Source: Lama glama
Lineage: Eukaryota
Reading direction: 5' to 3'
Assembly: GCA_028534125.1 (NCBI GenBank)
Contig: CM052818.1
Span: 38,194,001 to 38,258,000 of the forward strand
DNA length: 64,000 nt
This document shows positions 50,230 through 62,094 of this stretch, piece by piece (positions within the stretch are counted from its first letter, which is position 1; every line of letters begins with the position of its first letter). The notes under the pieces were generated by a model. It did no database searches, was not told the DNA's origin, and was given only the letters and a program-made list of their open reading frames with translations. The position numbers and the translations under genes are program-made.

Positions 50230-52600
50230 CAGGGAATTCTAAAGACAAAAGGAATTAAGTATGTCAAGTGGAAATGAAAAAAGATACAATATTAGAAATT
50301 AAGAACCCATTAATGACATTAACAATAGAGTGACACAACAGAAAAGAATTAAAGAACTATAATATTGGAACATGTAAGTAACCCAAACTAAAATACAAAC
50401 AATAGTAGAAAAAATTGAACAGAACTTCTCTTTAGAACAGTATTGAATGGCCTAACATACGAATAATTGGAGTCCTGGAAGGAGACATTGCATAGGTCTG
50501 CAGAAATATTTGAAGAGCTACTGGCTGAGAATTTTCAAAATTTTTTTAAAACACCAAATCATAAATTAAAGAAACTCATTGAAACTTAAGCAGGATAAAT
50601 TAAAATAAAAACAGAGCAATGCATACCATCATCACACTTCCAAAAACAAAAGATAAGAAAAAAATCATTAAAAGCATCAGAGGAAAGATTATACAAAAGA
50701 GAAACTGGTATTAAAAAATAAATAAAAACAAAAACAAAACAAAAAACCCCCAAACAACTAGCTTGTCACCCAAAACAATGGAGGCCAGAAAGTCAAAGAA
50801 ACAGCACCTGTAAAAGGTTTAAAGAAAAAATTCTGTCAATCTAAAATTTTATCCTAAAAAAAAGGAAGGCAAAATAATGACATTTTAGAAAGAAAAACAA
50901 AGTTGACATAATTTGATTTCAATAGATCTGCACTACAAGAACAACTGGGAGAATTTTCCAGGCTGAAAGGAAATGATAATGGATGGAAACCCAGATGAGC
51001 AAAAGGCATGATGCAACTTGAATAAGATTTGTATATTAGATAACAATATTCTATCAATTTTTTTTTTGGTTTGGTATGTATGGTATTGTGGTTGTATTAA
51101 GATTTTAATATTTGGGAATTTGGAGTGCATTCTTTGTATTGTTTTTATAATTCTTTGTAAGTCTGATAAAATTTCAAATTTTAAAGTTAAAAAACAGATT
51201 AAAAGAAGGAATAAGGTTGGCACTTGATTTCAAAATTCACTAGAAAGCTACAGTAATCAGACTCTGATATTAATGTCTTATAGATAGATTACATCTATAA
51301 GTGATATAGAGCAATAAAAGTGAAACAGAGAGTCCAGAAGGAGGCACCTACATACATGTTAGGTTAATTTATGTTCAAGGTGTGAAGATAATTCAACAGG
51401 GAAAGGATCGTTTTTTGAATAAATGGTATCAGAACAACTGGATCTCTGTATGGAAAAGAAATTAGCTAAAACCTTTCCCTCACACCCTACATAAAGGTCT
51501 ATTTGAAATGGATCATAACCCAAAATTTAAAAGAGAAAACTATGAAACTTCTAGCATTTTACAAACTCATTGAAAGGAATAATTATTATATAGGACACCA
51601 AAAGCATAAACCTTAAAATAATTCATAAGTTGGATTTTATCAAAATAAAAACTTTTTGCTTATTGAAAGAAACAGGTAAGGAAATGTAAAAGCAAGCCCA
51701 GACTGAATGAAATACTATATATGAAAGTATCTAAATGCCTCTGGCAAAAAACTTACATCCAAACTATATAAAACACTGCTACAAATCAGCAATAAAAACA
51801 TAATGCAATAAAAATTTGAGCAAAATATTTGAACAGACACTTCATAAATAAATGATGTGCAAAAGGCCAATAAACACATGAAGAGATAATCAATGTCATT
51901 AATCATCAGAGAAATGCAAATTTTTAAAAAACTAAAAAAATTATTTCACAATCACTAGAATAGCTAAAATTAAAAAACAAAACACTGAAAATACCAAATG
52001 TTGATGAAGATTTGGAGCAACTGGAGCTCTTGTACTAGTCAGAATATAAAATCATTCATCATCTTTGAAGAACTGTTTGGCAGTATCTGCAGACGTATAC
52101 ACATACCCTATAACCCAGTAATTATACTTCCAGATATTTACCCGGAGAAATGAAAATACATGCCCACAGAAGACCTGTGACAGCCTTATTCATAATAGTC
52201 AAAAACTACAGATGGGTCAAAAGTTCCTTAACAAGAATATTGATAAATTTTGGTATATTCATACAATGGAGTACTACTCAGCAACAGAAAGGAACAAACT
52301 AACACATCAACATGAGTGAATTTCAAAAACATTATGTTGAGAGAGAGAAGTCAATCACAAAAGGCACATGCCACATATGTAGATGAAATCAAAGAATAGG
52401 CAACACTAAAATGATGGCAATCAGGACATTGGGAGATTCTGGATTGGAAAGAAGAAGAGAGCTTTCTTGGATGAAGATGATATTCTGTATCTTATTTTGA
52501 GTACTGGTTACTTGGGGATATGTGAATGTCAAAAGTATTCAAATTGAACAGTTTAGATCAATGCATTTTATTGTATGCAAATCATATCTCCAAAAATAGA
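50230..52600 (+). mobile_element. ancient L1 composite (ORF1, an intervening L1 3'-UTR piece at about 51020-51195, ORF2 C-terminus and 3' UTR)
   Basis: 'taattggagtcctggaaggaga', 'tggctgagaattttcaaaa', 'aaagctacagtaatcagac', 'catacaatggagtactactcagcaacagaaaggaacaaact'. Confidence 0.85.
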
Positions 52601-52682
52601 AGAGAGGGGGGAGGGAGGAAGAGAGGGAGAGATGAGAAGAAGGGAAAGCTGGAGGGAGAGGGGAAGAAAGGGAGGGCAGGAT
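52598..52682. repeat. GA-rich polypurine tract
   Basis: 'gaagagaggggggagggaggaagagagggagagatgagaagaagggaaag...'. Confidence 0.8.
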
Positions 52683-54209
52683 GGTGAAAACAGACCGCAT
52701 GCTCATATTGGAACCCAAATGAGACAAATTAATTAAAAACAGACTTTTCAAAATTCATGGTAGCGGTATTAGGTTTTTCAAAGAACAAATATTGTTACAT
52801 AGTTTTCAAGTTAACTCACCATTACATTGACAAGGAAATTAACAATTCAACTGTCAAATCTGCTCTCTTCCTGTGTGGATAGAGTACAATGCATAGAAGC
52901 TGATTTTTTTTTAATGCTGAAGTCTTAAAAATCAGATTGCCAGCTGAATTTCATTCCAAAATGAGTCATTATTTCCAGGTTTGAGATTGTACACAGGAGG
53001 GCCAGTGCCATCTCTCTCAGATACCCAGTAGACAACAGAGCTTCTTTCTGCCCCCAGCAGAACATGAATTCAAAAGTCCTATTAAGAAGTTTCTGGAAAC
53101 CTAGCCTAAAAATTAAAATTTCAGCCTCAGCAGCCTCTTCTCTCTCATCCTTCCCCCTCTTAAGGAAAAAAAAAAAATCGACAGCGAGGACCTTGTGCTC
53201 TTTAGAGAGGTTCCACTTTTGAAAGTAAACACCAGGTTTAATTACTGCAGGTCATCTATTTTAGCTTCATCATTCATCCTTTAGCAGAAGATATGGCGAA
53301 ACAAAGAGAAGATTTGCTTGAAAAGATCACATGGATTAGTATATGAAAGTAATGTGAAGGTGTACTTCATGTACATAAGCAGCCACTTATTTCTCCAAGC
53401 GGCTTTTTTTTTAAATTTAACTTTTCTGAAAATGACCATGATCAGTTTTTGATAATTAGATCTGGCGATTCAAGCATTTCTGTCATTTTTCTCTAAATTT
53501 GTTTATTCCTTTTTTCCGTCTCCCAAGAAGAGGGAGCAGGAAACTGTTTTTTGGGGGTAAAGGTCAAGTGAATGACATTGCATTGATTTATTTATTTTTG
53601 GTCTGTTTGGAGAGATGGTGTCAATTAAGAGTCCTTTCTCTCCTCACTTCTTCCCTGGGGTGACAGCTAAATTCCAGGGGATTTTTCCAGTGTCCAGAAA
53701 TCAGCAGGGAGATGAACTCTCATCTGAGACTATCCCATGAACTCAGCTGGTATCCCCTGAGATACAATTTGTCTCATCTGTCTTTGGCTGTAGACATGTC
53801 TAGTTCTCGGCGATTGGCATGTCTTCAAATGTGTTTTCTGAGCCAGACTCTTCCTGCCTCTGCACTCACTATCCACAGTCCCATCTTTGGCTCTGTCCCT
53901 CACCCAGTTTCTAAGCCCCTTTAGGTCACCAGATCTGTCCCTCAGCTAACTTCTGCCCCAGCTCAGGGGTGAACATGACTGGTTTGGCTGTGCTGCACTT
54001 TTTTTTTTTTTCATTTTTCTCTGAGGGAGAAGGAGGATCTTCTGAGCTGTGTAAGCCCTGTGCCTTGAGGATGGGTAAAGTAATGTAGTGTAAAAATAGG
54101 ATAGAGATTTAAAGTTGGGCTCTCAGAGATACAATCACTGTGATTATAGGATTTAGCACATGAAGATTATTGACTGAACTCAGAAGTGCCAAATGTGTGA
54201 CCTTTCAAA

Positions 54210-54400
54210 TATTATTTATTCATGCAACACATGTTAATTGGACGTGTACTATGTGACAGACACCATTCTAGAAACTAGGGCCACAGAGAACAATGATGAG
54301 ACAGACATAATCTCTGTCCTCTTGAAACTCACCAACTAGAAGCAAAGCCAAAGAGTGGACAGGTAATTTCAGGTTTTGCACTGATTTGGGGAAGAGCACA
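54210..54400 (-). mobile_element. L2 3' fragment
   Basis: 'tttattcatgcaacacatgttaattggacgtgtactatgtgacagacaccattctag'. Confidence 0.75.
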
Positions 54401-55684
54401 TGAAATGGGCCGTAACTCTTAGGGGAAAGAGGAACATTCAACAGTGTCCTCCCCTGGTTTTTATAAATTAATCATTATTTTTACACTGTAGGCACTGAGA
54501 CTCTTAGATTTGAAACTCAGAAGGCCGACCCTATAGCAAAGAAAGGGTGATCCTAATTACAATATAAGTGTCAATAAGACTTTAATTCATGAATTTGCTA
54601 ATGGTGATCCCTGCTGTTCAAAAACAAATATAAATGTGATTTTCTCTCTGCTCGATTGCCCTCTGTTCCGCCTTTCCACTGAGCTTTCTCAGCAGCATCT
54701 ACCTGTGACACTCACTCACTGAAGAAAGAGCTGACAGCAGTGAGAAGTTGGACTAATCTTCTCATCTTTCCTCAGCCAGGCACAGTAGCCCTCCTGGTTC
54801 AGACTTAACCAGTGCCCAGACAAGAGCAGCAGCAGATCAAAATGCTGCAGCTCCAAAGGAACAGCAACCCTCGCCCCCTTTGAGATGGCAGTCTGCCTCC
54901 TCAGCATAGGGTCAAGGTTATTTTCCCATAGTAAGACCAAGACAACTCCTTTTTGGTGCTCACACTATTCACAGCTGCCGTTGACATCCCGTGGTGTCTG
55001 CTTCAGAGGTCAGGCTGCAACTTTCGATTCACACCATTTGATTAAAAAAATCAGAGATGTGTTGCCCTTGGAAATAGGCTGCAGTAAAAATAGATCAAAA
55101 TACCCAGTGTCTCCAGGAAAGCTCTGGTTATTGTCTCTTTATCCAATTTCTTTAAATTTGTAAAGGCAGGAAGAGCTCTAGGTCTCTGAAGAAATTGTAC
55201 AGCTAAGAGTAAATTTAATAATATAAACTTTTCTCCTGCACAATGATAGTGACTCACAAAAATCTGAACTCACTAAGCATTTAGGGTTGTGACATCCTGG
55301 GGAAAAGCAAGAAGTTGGAACTCATATTTATCTTTCCATAATTAGACTTTGCTCTAGCTGTCACAAGGAACATCTCGGTGCTCTGAGACACCAACAGCAT
55401 TCAAATTTAGAGTGATGCTAAAAATGAAGGCAGATTCCACTTCCAAGCAAGCTGATCAGTTTGGAGAAATATCCCAAAAGAAGGCATGTCATTCAGAGTG
55501 TTGTTTAAACTCAATGGTTTCTTTGGAGTTACTTCCACCTCTCAGGCAAACCCATCAACTTGAAAGAGACACAGGCTGCACATTAAACATCTCCAAAGAC
55601 CTTTTTGGAGAGAGAGATTAATGTGAGTGGTCATTAAAAGCTGTGTCAGGGCCTCGTAAACACAGGCACCGTGCAGAGTTTACA

Positions 55685-56160
55685 GAGCAATCCATCAATC
55701 AGCAACTATCCTTGAGGGCCTGTTCCAAAGGCAGTGGGAGCCACAGAAGGTCCTTGACCAGATGACTGGCATATGGAAAAGGCCGTCTGTCTTATGGAGA
55801 TGATCGGTTGGCAATGAGGGCAGCTGGAGGGGAAAGCCAGTTAGAAGACGGTACGATGGGTTGGAGCATTTTGAGACTAACCGAGGCAGCTAACAGTGGA
55901 TGTGGAATGCATGACTGTTAGAGGCCTTGAAAACAGAAAGAACAACTGGATTAGTGTTAAATGAAACACAGGGGCCCGAACAGGTGGAGGTAGGTCTGGA
56001 ATCCAGACAACCATGTCCTGGAAATAAGGGAGCCAGTGCAAGCATCAGAGGTAGAAAAACCAGAACTTAAAGGAGCCTTGGGGGCAAGATGATGCAGAGG
56101 TTTGGGTCAGAGCAACCTAAGGATCAGGAGTCTTTAGTAGGAGCCTTCAATAATGAGTTA
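55685..56160 (-). mobile_element. L2 fragment
   Basis: 'ggaaagccagttagaagacggtac', 'ctaaccgaggcagctaacagtggatgtgga', 'gggggcaagatgatgcagaggtttgg'. Confidence 0.55.
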
Positions 56161-56754
56161 CAGCTGGGGGGCACAGAGACCACATATTGACTACCCTACC
56201 CCACTCCCCCAGTCCATACCTCTCACCGCCCATTGAATTGCTCTCCCCTTAGTAACCACAGGTCTCAAAGCAGCTTCTGCAGGCCTTATTCTCATTGTTG
56301 GCTGCAATCTCCTGTGCTGAATTTAAGGCAGGGCAGAGGAAGTCGGCTGTGCACAGAGCCATCCCTATCTACATACCCCAGGCCCTCCCAAGGGAGGAAA
56401 AGCACAAAGTGTTTTGGAAATGTAAACACATTAATGGAACAGTCATCTATCAAGGCCACAAGAAGTACTGTGGATCCATGAAGGCACAATTAGCAGCTCC
56501 AGAGATGACTGCCCCAGCAACACAACATAGAGAGACATTTACAAAGACACAGGGACATGGGAAGAAAATAAATCAGGGAGGCAAAGAGCAAACTTTAACC
56601 TTTCATAGCGGAGCTCTTTTCCTACAGAGTTGGGCAGAGCAGATCAGAAAGGTGCTTCAGTTAATTCTGTATGCTGTGAGGGTCCATGTTATCCTCTGTG
56701 CTGTGTGACATTATCTTTCATTATGCTTATTCTCTCTATGTTTAGTCACTGCTA

Positions 56755-57110
56755 TTGTTTAATCTAACAGATGTTTATTGAATGCTTTGCATTCAACAAT
56801 GCTCTGCCATGTGCCAAGTGGAGCTGGGTAAGGGCGGAGGGTGAATGAAGGGAAGTGAGAGGACAGTATAAAGGAGGAGGCAGGGTGCTCAGGAGGGAAG
56901 CTCGGTTCAAGGTTCCAGGTTGAACCCTTGATGTCAGAGTTTGAAAGAATTCAATTCTTAAAGTCCAGCACAGCAATCAAAAGGGTGACAGAAACAAATG
57001 ATGGTTGGAGGCAGCAGAGCAAGCTATATGGAGAAGTCCCACCGGAAGGTACTGCAGAATCGAGTAGATGGACATGTCCTGAAGGCCCTCAAAGATGAGG
57101 AAGAGTTCTC
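56755..57110 (-). mobile_element. L2 3' fragment
   Basis: 'aacagatgtttattgaatgctt...ctctgccatgtgccaagtg'. Confidence 0.55.
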
Positions 57111-57914
57111 AGACCATGCACTGCGGATCACAGGGAACAAAGCCCTCTCACGGAGGACAAGGGAATGGACTGGGGCAGACAACGACCCCAGGGCCACCCA
57201 GAGCTCACCTAGGACCTTAGCAAAGCCCCCTGGGCCTCAATCTTCCCAGAGGTCCAAGAGAGGAGCTGAGCTGTCCCTCCAGGCTAGCCCTGCCTTTTAT
57301 CACTCTGTTTTGCAGCAAAACAGGGATCTGCTCTTCCTGACAACATTCTTAGTGACATTCGTTCTCTACTCCCAAAGGACAGTTTTCATTTCATTTTGTC
57401 ATAAAGCATCTTTTTTCTGATAAGTGAAAATATCATATGATTTTCCATCTACTCCAGGTCCTACCTGAGCTCACCCATAAGCAAAATCATAAATTAAACC
57501 TACCCTAAAACTTGCTTCCATTGTCCTTCAAAAAGAGAATCATTGCTAGAGTGAGTGATCTGTATGCATCCATCACTTCACAATGCTAACTTCCTCGGTG
57601 ATCCCTCGGGAAAGAGGAAGCAGAGGAAATAAGGCGAAGGCTGATTCCTTAGGAGAAAGCCAGAGCATCTTAAATCAGAGATGACCTACCTTTGCAATAT
57701 GTCATTTCTGAATTTGTTTGCACATATTAGGAGAGGACAGATTTTCCTGATGTTATGTCATCATGGACCTGATCATATAAACCTTAGAAATAAAACAAAT
57801 ATAGTTCAGTGATTCAAAGGGCTCTTTGACTCTCTAAAACCCAACTGGTGGGGTTCAATATTTTCTCTAGGCTAGGTCCTTCTACTGTTACTCTGATCTG
57901 TCAAAAGCAGTTAC

Positions 57915-58055
57915 TTCTCTGTGAGACCACTTCAAGGACAGAGATCACATCTGCATGGCCTCTGTGTTGACAGTGCCTAGCACAGTAGGTGGCACTGAGC
58001 AGGCACCCGGTAAATACCCATGTAGGTACCCAATGAACAGGCAAATGAATAAATG
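57915..58055 (+). mobile_element. L2 3' end
   Basis: 'cttcaaggacagagatcacatctg...cagtgcctagcacagt...ggcaaatgaataaatg'. Confidence 0.75.
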
Positions 58056-58179
58056 CGGCAAGTGGGTAATGTCCTAGTTTAATAGGTCACCAACAGCTAC
58101 TTTAGAAATTCAACAACATGTGCTTCCTCTGCTAAAGAACTCATCTGTGTGCCTCACAATTATTTCTAAATGGTGTGTG

Positions 58180-58420
58180 TGTAATAGTAAGAGCCATGAT
58201 TTGAGCCTCACAGCATGCCAGATTATGGGCTGTTAGCTCACTTAATTCGCACAACAACCCTGTCGACAGCATCATTATCTTCATTTTATAGAGGAGGTAA
58301 CAGACACTAGAGGAAGGAACATAACTTGCTCAAGGTTATTTCCTGAGCCTGATTTTGAAACTCCAGACCCATCAAACTCCAAATCTTGTGCTCTAAACTA
58401 CTATGATATATGCCTCCCCA
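58180..58420 (-). mobile_element. MIR SINE
   Basis: 'cacttaattcgcacaacaaccctg...ttatcttcattttatagaggaggtaacagac...aacttgctcaaggtt'. Confidence 0.85.
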
Positions 58421-60089
58421 GGGGTAGCTTAACAGAATAGGTCAATGTCCCAGCACATGTTACCTCACAGAGGATTTTATGTTGATGAATCAGAGTAGCC
58501 AGTCAAAATGTCACCAATCCAGCATACAGTTCAAAGTCTCCAACGACTTGCTAGGTGACCAGTATAAAATGCTTACTTTTTGGATTTTAGGTTCCTTGTT
58601 TGCAAATAATGGGTATTAAACTCGGAAATCTCTTTCCAGAATATATTTTGACTCTAACAGGCCATGTGTTTTAACATAATTTTTTCCCTCTACCAGCTTT
58701 TTCTCAACGGCTGCATCTCCTGTCACCATTCCTTGAAGAAAATGTAGACACGCTTTCCGGTTTCAAAAAAGAAGACAACAGTAAAAACTCTGGGCTAAGC
58801 AGAGTACGAAAATGAATAGGAAAGGATTGTTAACTGAGTTTGACGTTGGAGGTGACATTGCTAATTTCTACTGCCTCTTCTGTCTTTATGAAATGCACAG
58901 AATGACAGAATATCTGTCAAGGAGTGGCAGAATTCCCTGTCTTATCACAGATCTGTGCAAATTTAAAAGCTATGCAGAAGGTCAGTGAAAAAGAGGAAAA
59001 AGGAAGGGTAATGTATGCCAGGTAATAATTAGAGCCAAAAAAGAAGTTTTAGTGTGTTTCTATGATATAAAAGGAAGGAGTCAGGACTATGAAATAAATA
59101 TTCATCTAGAAAACAAGATGCAACCTCATTCTCTGGCTTAACAGGAATCTGGAAAATAATAGTAAATCAGTCAATAGCACTGAAATTTAGGCAATTTAGT
59201 TGATGGGCTACTATCATCAGTCTTCTCCTCTGTGCAAAGTACTGTATTGGGCAATTCTAGGAAAAACAGGGGAAGTGTCAGCTGCATCCTGTCCTTTGGA
59301 AGCTCACAATATCATAGGTAAAATAATATCAAGACATGAAATTAACAAAAAAGAATTATTAAAGTGCACGGTATGGGACGCCTAGACCCAGCACTGGACC
59401 TGAAAAAAGTAAATAATCAAACAATAAGTATTGACTGGGATTGAATTGAAATGGAATACACTGTAATACCAACCTTGAGTGGTTAAAGATCAGAGGATGA
59501 GCTGGTCCAGAGAGTTTCACAGAGACGATAAAATCACTTCAGGCTTTCAAGGGCAGGCAAGATTATATATCAGTTGATCTTTAACATATTTAGACAAATA
59601 TCTCCTAGGACTTACGGCTTTTTAAAAACCATGGTTGATAAAACTTAGAAATGTTCACCTTCCACTCAACATCCAAATTGTATATGACTCGAGACAGTTC
59701 AAGTACAAAATTCTGTGAGCATTTTTGGTCTCTGAGAGTTGGGTGGCAAGATGCAGAGGCAGATCTCCAAGTCGTCTTTCAGTTAGAAAGCTTTTGATAC
59801 AGATTCTTTGTGGCTGCTCACTAAAGAGTTGCCCCTGAATGAAGGAATGAGTGAATGATTCCTTGAAAGGACAGTACTACAGAGAGTTACATAGCAGCTG
59901 ATGGACAAGGCTGGGGCTAGTTTAGATCCTTGGGATGACCCCTCCCACCTGTGACCTTCCCCTGCAGCACAGGTCCAGCCAGAACTGCCTGTTCAGCAGT
60001 GACTCCCACCCCTTGGAAGTGATGGAGCCCCTTCTATGAAACACGCAGATCAACCCTTCAATAGCAAGACTGAGTCCTTGCAATTTTCA

Positions 60090-60262
60090 GTGGAATAAAA
60101 TCAAGCCCCTGATCTTATCTAGGAAGTGGGCTCCAAAATATTCCCCTTACTCTATCTGCATCACTTACTGTATTTGTAAAATGGGAATAACAGAGCTGTA
60201 GGAAGAAACAATTATTACAAGTGATTACAAAGAACTTTGCAATATGAAGTGCTTGTTAAAAT
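60090..60262 (+). mobile_element. MIR/MIR3 SINE
   Basis: 'tatttgtaaaatgggaataacagag'. Confidence 0.55.
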
Positions 60263-61009
60263 TGAGAAGTACTCCATGTACCCTTCACAGTTGCCCCCAG
60301 AGTATGCAAACCCCATTTGTAGAAATATCATAAGCCTGCCTAGACAGCGAGTATTTTGAAGCGTATGCTTCATCGTTTAAATCTGTCATCTTGCAAAGCA
60401 GCTCATTATTTCAGAAATATGAGCATTTTAAAGTTGCCGCTGCAGTTCTCAATCACAAGTTTTCATTGCTTTTATTTAAAACAAGCCACCTTGAAATCTG
60501 TCTCCAAATCCAGGTCTTTGCATACAGGTCCAAAACAACAGTTTTGTGTGAGCACATGTGTGTACCTTTCAAATGTGATGTCTAGGGGATGTCTTTTTTA
60601 ATTATCCCTGTTAGGATGGTCTTTCCCCTTTAGAATCCCCATCTGGTTGAACAGTAAGGGAGAGAATTCATTTTCTCCTGTGCACTTCGCTGATATGAGC
60701 TTTAGTGGGAAGTTAACTTAGCTAATTTGTCTGCTTTGCATAATCATTATAATCACCTACTAAGTACTACCAGCAAGTAAGCGCTAATATGCTGCAAGAA
60801 CATCGCAGGCACTTTTTATAAATTCTCCTTTTAGTCCAAGGAATGTATTTTTGCTTCTTTCCCTACCACAGGGAAACAAAGGGATTGAGAGAAAGTGAAG
60901 TTCAGGTAAAACCCCGAGTAAAAATAAACTCAGATTTCCCTGTGAGGGGGCAGCAGCAAGTACAAGGGAAGAGATGACAACATAGAGAAAACAGACTGAA
61001 TATGGTGGA

Positions 61010-61250
61010 GAAGGCAGTGTTCCCTACGGTTAAGTGTCCGGGCTCTGGAATCAGACTGCCTGGGTATGACACCTGCCTCTAGAACTTATCATGTAGGTTT
61101 GGGAATGTTACTTAATTTCCCTGGTTCCCAGTTTCCTCAGCTGTAATGGAGGACACAATAGTTCATACTTCAAATTTATGTTGTGAGGATCAAATGCAAC
61201 CATAGGTATGGAGTACTTAGGAAAGTGCTTGACTTAAATGTGCTCAAACA
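61010..61250 (+). mobile_element. MIR SINE
   Basis: 'ggttaagtgtccgggctctggaatcagactgcctgggt...cagtttcctcagctgtaatgg...gttgtgaggatcaaatg'. Confidence 0.9.
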
Positions 61251-61419
61251 GGTTTCCCCAGTATGGATGGGACATATTTGGAGGGACTCCTGGAGGCAGG
61301 CACAGGGCGCCCCCCTTTCAGGAGGAAGTGACACGCAGAACATTAAGCCACGTGCACCCACCTGTGCCCCCCACCCGCATGGAAGGCAGTGGGAGAAGGC
61401 CTGGTGGTCAGGTGTCCAG

Positions 61420-61590
61420 CTTTGCTACTTGCATTATGTCTTACGTTAGTCCAGACACCACGCCAGTTGCCTTACACTGAGACTTAATCCTGGGAACATA
61501 AAAACGGGAAGATAGTAACGCTTACCACAGATTTGTTGTAGGGATCAGTGGCGAGGAGGCGTGTGAACGTGCTTTGCGCACTGAGAAACC
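61420..61590 (+). mobile_element. MIR-like fragment, CpG-enriched
   Basis: 'taaaaacgggaagatagtaacgcttaccacagatttgttgtagggatcag...gcgtgtgaacgtgctttgcgcactg'. Confidence 0.55.
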
Positions 61591-62094
61591 AGCAGCCACA
61601 GACCTGGTGGTGCTGGTGCTCAATGCATATGGCTGTGTCTGTCTCACTCCGTGATATACCTAGTTTCAGGTAACCCGCACCTGCGTTGACAACAAAGTAC
61701 AAGTTTTTACGGCTAATATGCCTGAGTATTCACTGCAAGCTTTCCTCCAAGGGCAGAGCGTGAGACTGGGTGTGTGAGCCTTGCCCCCAGAAGCCCCTGC
61801 CTGCTGTGTTCCCTACAGAGGCCTGACGTGAGGAAGAGAGACCTCGGGAGACCCTGTCCTTGCTTGTGCCAGCTCGATGGAAGGTGTCAGAATGAGTCCC
61901 GAGCTACGGTGGGGGGGTGAACGTGTAATGTGAAACGAGCAGAGGCATCGGAATTCAGAATATTCATAAAGAGCAGTGCTCCTGTTTGCCATTCACTGAT
62001 CGCCTCGTACGGTGTCCTCCCTGGAGTGGCTGCACCTGGCTGCCCCAGAGATATGTGTTCCAATACTGTGGATGAGGAAAGGGCTAACCCACCA

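Noticed and set aside
51277..51301. 9-bp inverted repeat cttatagat...atctataag
   Set aside because: Small local inversion scar inside decayed L1 ORF2; no evidence of function
56295..57420. 137-aa and 140-aa plus-strand ORFs
   Set aside because: No recognisable homology; the second overlaps an L2 remnant
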